Origin: Macrostomum lignano
Lineage: Eukaryota
NCBI GenBank assembly: GCA_002269645.1
Contig: NIVC01002298.1
Location: 1-64,000 of the forward strand
Length of the DNA stretch: 64,000 nt
Direction: 5' to 3'
The first letter of the stretch is position 1, and each line of letters starts with the position of its first letter. Both the position numbers and the translations under genes were made by a program. Below, piece by piece: positions 60,347-64,000 of this stretch. The notes beneath the pieces were generated by a model that had not been told where the DNA came from, made no database searches, and worked only from the letters and a program-made list of their open reading frames with translations.

Positions 60347-61085
60347 AGGGGCGCTAGTGAGGGGCGCTAGTGAGGGGCGCTAGTGAGGGGCGCTAGTGAG
60401 GGGCGCTAGTGAGGGGCGCTAGTGAGGGGCGCTAGTGAGGGGCGCTAGTGAGGGGCGCTAGTGAGGGGCGCTAGTGAGGGGCGCTAGTGAGGGGCGCTAG
60501 TGAGGGGCGCTAGTGAGGGGCGCTAGTGAGGGGCGCTAGTGAGGGGCGCTAGTGAGGGGCGCTAGTGAGGGGCGCTAGTAAGAGGTAAGGGGCGCTAGTG
60601 AGGAGCGCCAGTAGGAGGTAAGGGGCGCTAGTGAGAGGCGCTAGTAAGAGGTAAGAGGCGCTAGTGAGAGGCGCTAGTAGGAGGTAAGGGGCGCTAGTTA
60701 GAGGCGCTAGTAGGAGGTAAGGGGCGCTAGTGAGAGGCGCGCTAGTAGGAGGTAAGGGGCGCTAGTGAGAGGCGATAGTAGGAGGTAAGGGGCGCTAGTG
60801 AGAGGCGCTAGTAAGAGGTAAGAGGCGCTAGTGAGAGGCGCTAGTAGGAGGTAAGGGGCGCTAGTTAGAGGCGCTAGTAGGAGGTAAGGGGCGCTAGTGA
60901 GAGGCGATAGTAGGAGGTAAGGGGCGCTAGTGAGAGGCGATAGTAGGAGGTAAGGGGCGCTAGTGAGAGGCGCTAGTAGGAGGTAAGAGGCGCTAGTGAG
61001 AGGCGCTAGTAGGAGGTAAGAGGCGCTAGTGAGAGGCGCTAGTAGGAGGTAAGGGGCGCTAGTTAGAGGCGCTAGTAGGAGGTAA
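60347..61085. repeat. 13-bp repeat (tagtgaggggcgc) evolving into a ~28-bp dimer
   Basis: Direct. Confidence 0.95.
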
Positions 61086-61322
61086 GGGCCCTGTACCAAC
61101 ATGAGACAGACCTGCATCGCAAAAGTCTGAGCGACAGACTTGGCAAAGTGCTTTTACAACCCATGCAGATGCAGAGCCAGCTGCCGTCCTCTCTGGCATG
61201 GAATAATATTGAAGCTGCATGCAGTCTTGAGTGCTTCTCCCCCGTTGCAGCCTCAGTATTGAGTCCCACTTTTCCCAGTAAAGCCTCCCAAATCCCAACT
61301 GCCGAAGCCAGTGCAGGGCCCG

Positions 61323-61347
61323 GTTTCCATAGCAACTAAATATTGAT
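61323..61347. promoter_or_regulatory. Second X-box GTTTCCATAGCAAC (61323-61336) with adjacent forkhead motif (ATCAATA, minus strand) in nanchung intron 1
   Basis: Consensus match; function inferred. Confidence 0.5.
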
Positions 61348-61989
61348 CCACAAGCGCCACAGCTTTCTTTCTCCAAGTTCTTCCTGCCTCTCTCTCTCCC
61401 TTCTCTCTTCTTTTCCAGCAGTTTTTTGTCTTGCAGACTTTGGCCTCTGCCTCTTCCGGAGACCCCTCGGCCGCCCATTGTTCCCCGCGGATTCTGAATG
61501 AATGGAAGAGGCAGCCGGTTTTTCTGCACTTCTCCCATTTTTGCCCCTCCTCAACTGTTTCGCTAATGAGAGTCGCAGAACTGCTGCTTCTAGAAGAGAA
61601 AAGCCTCTTGTTGTGCTCAGACATTTTTCTGTGCTGGCCGCTGCGGATTAACAAAACCATCCGACAGAGGTGCGGGGCTGAGTCAACAGGATTTTGTTGA
61701 CCTTGGGCGAGCGCCGTGCGATGGGGCAGCGCGCGAGGTGAATGTCAATAAAGGCAGTTTCTGTTGAGCTATCAGCATTTTTCTGGAGCTGCTGGGATCT
61801 GCTTGCTCAGAACTGGCGTGGAAATCTTACTCAAACCTCAGCTGGATCCACAGATTCGTCTGGCTGAATCCTGACTGCGATAATCCTAGCTTAAATCAGC
61901 TCATAAAATAGAGCAAAGTGCTCACGCCTGCTGCACACCTAGATGAGTTTAAACAAACATCAGCGTGGTCTCAAAGCTGTGGATTCGCT

Positions 61990-62520
61990 ACAAACCCCCA
62001 AAAAAATCCGCCCCTAAATCCGTCCCTAAAATCCGCCCCTAAAATCCACCCCTAAAAACTGCCTCTCAAATCCGTCCCTACAATCCGCTCTTAATTCCTC
62101 CCCAGAAATAGCTACCCAAGACCCGCCCTTAATCCGCTCCAAAACTCCGCCCCCTAAATCCGCCTCTAAATCCGCTTCTAAACTCCGCCTCTAAAACCCG
62201 CCCGTATAATCCGCTCCGAAATCCTACTCTAACCCCCCCCCCCTAAGATCCGCCTTTAAAAATCCACCCTAAAATCCGCCCCTAAAATCTGCCTCTCATA
62301 TCCACCCCTAAAATCCCACTCCTAGTATCCGCCCCTAAAAATCCGCCCCTAAAAAATCTGCCCCTAAAAATCCGCCCCTAAAAATCCGCCTCTAAAAATC
62401 CGCCCCTAAAAATGCGCCCCTAAAAATCCGCTCCTAAAAATCCGCTCCTAAAAATCCGCACTTAAATCCGCCCCCTAAGATCCGCCCTTATAATCCGCGT
62501 CTAAATCTGCTCTAAAATCT
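61990..62520. repeat. Degenerate aaatccgccccta repeat
   Basis: Direct. Confidence 0.88.
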
Positions 62521-62532
62521 GCCCCTCCCCAG

Positions 62533-63217
62533 GCGAGCTGATCGAAGCGGCCAAGAAGTGCCAGACGGCCGAGGACTACCGCCTCCTGGACGAGCGCATC
62601 AAGCACGAGATGGGGCTGTTCCTTTATAACAACGGCGAGGGCAAGAAAGTGCACGTGTCCGAGCTGGTCAAGTATCGAACTCGGGACGGCAATCCGCCAC
62701 TGGCGAAGTCCCCGGCCGGCCGGCACGGAAGGAGGTCGACCCCAACTGGCAACAATGTCTACCCCATGCTGGACATTGTCCACGCCGATACCGACGCCAC
62801 GGGAACTTGCGTCAGCGGCGGTGGCGGCGGCGGCGGCACCAACCCGGAGGTTGACAACGGCTACAGGGACGTCTGCTGGGACCTGGAGCAGCGGGGCGCG
62901 GTGGGCGAGACCTGCCTGCACCTGTGCTTCCTGAATGCCACGCCGATTCACATGGATGTAGCCAGGAGGATCATCGAGTTTTATCCCAAGGTGGTCAACG
63001 ACATCTACCTGCTGGACGTGTACTACGGCGAGGCTGTGCTGCACATCGCCATCTCCAACGAGGACCCGGTGATGGTGAAGTTCCTGCTGGATCACGGGGC
63101 CAACATTCACCAGCGCTGCTTTGGCACCTTCTTCGGCTGCGAGGATCAGAAGGACCAGAGAATCAGCTACCTGGATGACGAGTACCTGGACCTGAAGGTG
63201 GACACCAACTATGAGGG
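62533..63217 (+). CDS. nan: Nanchung/OCR-type TRPV channel, exon 2 (N-terminus and ankyrin repeats); remaining exons lie beyond this window
   Basis: FLYNNGEG, YRDVCWDLEQRGAVGETCLHLCFLN, YYGEAVLHIAISNEDPVMVKFLL, QRCFGTF...ED.K, TNYEG; phases match exon 1. Confidence 0.92.
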
Positions 63218-63289
63218 GTGAGCGGCTGGGAATTCTCTGCGGAGTTTCCAGGCTGGTAGAATTCTGCGATCAGGGAATTAATCCTGGAA

Positions 63290-63800
63290 TTCTCTGCTTC
63301 TGCAAGGGAAGTTCTGTGTTGGGGCAAGGGGAATTCTGTGTTGAGGCAAGGGGAATTCTGTGTTGGGGCAAGGGGAATTCTGTTTTGAGGCAAGGGAATT
63401 CTGTTGAGGCAAGAGGAATTCTGTTTTGGGGCAAGGGGAATTCTGTTGAGGCAAGAGGAATTCTGTGTTGGGGCAAGGGGAATTCTGTGCTGGGGCAAGG
63501 GGAATTCTGTGTTGGGGCAAGGGGGATTCTGTGTTGAGGCAAGGGGAATTCTGTGTTGAGGCAAGGGGAATTCTGTGTTGGGGCAAGGGGAATTCTGTGT
63601 TGGGGCAAGGGGAATTCTGTGTTGGGGCAAGGGGAATTCTGTGTTGAGGCAAGGGAATTCTGTGTTGGGGCAAGGGGGATTCTGTGTTGAGGCAAGGGGA
63701 ATTCTGTGTTGAGGCAAGGGGAATTCTGTGTTGGGGCAAGGGGAATTCTGTGTTGGGGCAAGGGGAATTCTGTGTTGGGGCAAAGGGAACTCTGTGCAAG
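63290..63800. repeat. 22-bp minisatellite (ggggcaaggggaattctgtgtt)
   Basis: Direct. Confidence 0.95.
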
Positions 63801-64000
63801 GACTAAGGGAATTATTTTTTTAAAGGAACTCCTACTGACGGATAAAGGCATGTCTGAGAGAATTCCTCTACAAGTTGGGAGAATTTTTACCGAATTTAAA
63901 TGCCAAGGAAATTCACTTTAGTATCAGGAAATTCCATGCTCTAAAAAGAGGATTCTACAGCTTCTCTCTCCTACTCCGCAGCCACGTGTACTGGGGGGAA

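Noticed and set aside
61090-61700. Possible transposase C-terminus or PHD remnant (CGAC, CQVC) on the minus strand
   Set aside because: The Cys/His pattern is incomplete and scattered; no catalytic motifs or termini.

Overview
Eukaryotic (invertebrate animal) nuclear DNA with GC-rich exons and introns/intergenic space packed with mini- and microsatellites. This style suggests a flatworm such as Macrostomum (inference, unverified). Host genes: a TRAF-family gene (423-5503, +) with a LOA-type LINE in its intron; three tandem, highly diverged MATH-only genes (5.9-9.2 kb); a putative (PANVQQ)n / zinc-finger exon (-); an intronless secreted C-type-lectin+PAN gene (-); a 9-exon divergent DOCK1-5-like gene (26967-41270, +) whose catalytic VxGG motif is replaced; a tandem-CCCH gene (-); a convergent pair of MyoR/TCF21-like bHLH genes; and the first two exons of a nanchung-type TRPV channel with two X-box+forkhead motif pairs. 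Mobile DNA: LOA LINE pieces, a tRNA-derived SINE sharing the LINE 3' structure, two gypsy-like solo LTRs with 4-bp TSDs, a hAT-type MITE with an 8x amplified terminus, and an internally deleted DIRS-group tyrosine-recombinase element carrying a SAP domain. Five independent -1 deletions in homopolymers break otherwise intact ORFs and probably reflect long-read consensus errors. No CRISPR, rRNA or true tRNA genes were seen. All homology calls are from motif recognition by eye; no database search was run.
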